Assembly (NCBI GenBank): GCA_937625935.1
Contig: OW569389.1
Span: forward strand, 335,694 to 399,693
From: Tetramitus jugosus
Taxonomy: Eukaryota; Protista; Heterolobosea
Reading direction: 5' to 3'
Length of the DNA stretch: 64,000 bases
Shown: in pieces, positions 63,217 to 64,000 of the stretch
How positions within the stretch are numbered: the first letter of the stretch is position 1
Layout of the letters: the number at the start of each line of letters is the position of its first letter
Made by a program: the position numbers and the translations under genes
Notes under the pieces: model-generated
What the model was told of the DNA's origin: nothing
Seen by the model: only the letters and a program-made list of their open reading frames with translations
Databases searched by the model: none

Positions 63217-64000
63217 TTGGGTTTGGGTTTGGGTTTGGGTTTGGGTTTGGGTTTGGGTTTGGGTTTGGGTTTGGGTTTGGGTTTGGGTTTGGGTTTGGGT
63301 TTGGGTTTGGGTTTGGGTTTGGGTTTGGGTTTGGGTTTGGGTTTGGGTTTGGGTTTGGGTTTGGGTTTGGGTTTGGGTTTGGGTTTGGGTTTGGGTTTGG
63401 GTTTGGGTTTGGGTTTGGGTTTGGGTTTGGGTTTGGGTTTGGGTTTGGGTTTGGGTTTGGGTTTGGGTTTGGGTTTGGGTTTGGGTTTGGGTTTGGGTTT
63501 GGGTTTGGGTTTGGGTTTGGGTTTGGGTTTGGGTTTGGGTTTGGGTTTGGGTTTGGGTTTGGGTTTGGGTTTGGGTTTGGGTTTGGGTTTGGGTTTGGGT
63601 TTGGGTTTGGGTTTGGGTTTGGGTTTGGGTTTGGGTTTGGGTTTGGGTTTGGGTTTGGGTTTGGGTTTGGGTTTGGGTTTGGGTTTGGGTTTGGGTTTGG
63701 GTTTGGGTTTGGGTTTGGGTTTGGGTTTGGGTTTGGGTTTGGGTTTGGGTTTGGGTTTGGGTTTGGGTTTGGGTTTGGGTTTGGGTTTGGGTTTGGGTTT
63801 GGGTTTGGGTTTGGGTTTGGGTTTGGGTTTGGGTTTGGGTTTGGGTTTGGGTTTGGGTTTGGGTTTGGGTTTGGGTTTGGGTTTGGGTTTGGGTTTGGGT
63901 TTGGGTTTGGGTTTGGGTTTGGGTTTGGGTTTGGGTTTGGGTTTGGGTTTGGGTTTGGGTTTGGGTTTGGGTTTGGGTTTGGGTTTGGGTTTGGGTTTGG
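63217..64000 (+). repeat. Telomere (TTTGGG)n
   Basis: About 130 perfect units to the end of the window, with the G-rich strand running 5'->3' toward the end. Confidence 0.98.

Overview
Right-hand end of a linear chromosome from a gene-dense, intron-poor microbial eukaryote. Evidence: GT-AG introns of 126-253 nt, standard genetic code, and about 130 copies of a (TTTGGG)n telomere from 63217 to the window end. The gene content (EGF repeats, ankyrin/Cache-type receptor cyclase, RGS-START, F-box/LRR) suggests a Naegleria-like heterolobosean amoeba; this is inference. The window has four zones. (1) About 1-44.4 kb is an intact core: AspRS, Rab5, a 2146-aa repeat protein, two myristoylated SAM proteins, RGS-START, TruA, a GT37-like fucosyltransferase, a Harbinger-type transposase, G-beta, a LARP4-like protein, a PAP2-like protein, dephospho-CoA kinase, a GATA factor, two signal-peptide nicotinamidases flanking a degenerate receptor cyclase, a DUSP and DUF202. 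(2) About 44.6-56.4 kb is a subtelomeric zone of pseudogenes, scrambled duplications and a TA-flanked TIR element, ending in a divergent F-box/LRR pair, one member fused to an apparently intact trypsin-like protease. (3) About 56.5-61.1 kb is a compact, co-directional, apparently intronless, decaying cassette of membrane and surface-protein genes, bracketed by short telomeric-repeat seeds and possibly foreign or viral. (4) The rest is subtelomeric satellites and the telomere. The best candidates for novel biology are the F-box-LRR-protease with combinatorially shuffled repeats, the telomere-bracketed cassette, the ecto-nicotinamidase/pseudo-cyclase cluster, and the apparently split bacterial-type helical protein. 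All family assignments come from motif recognition by eye; no searches were run.
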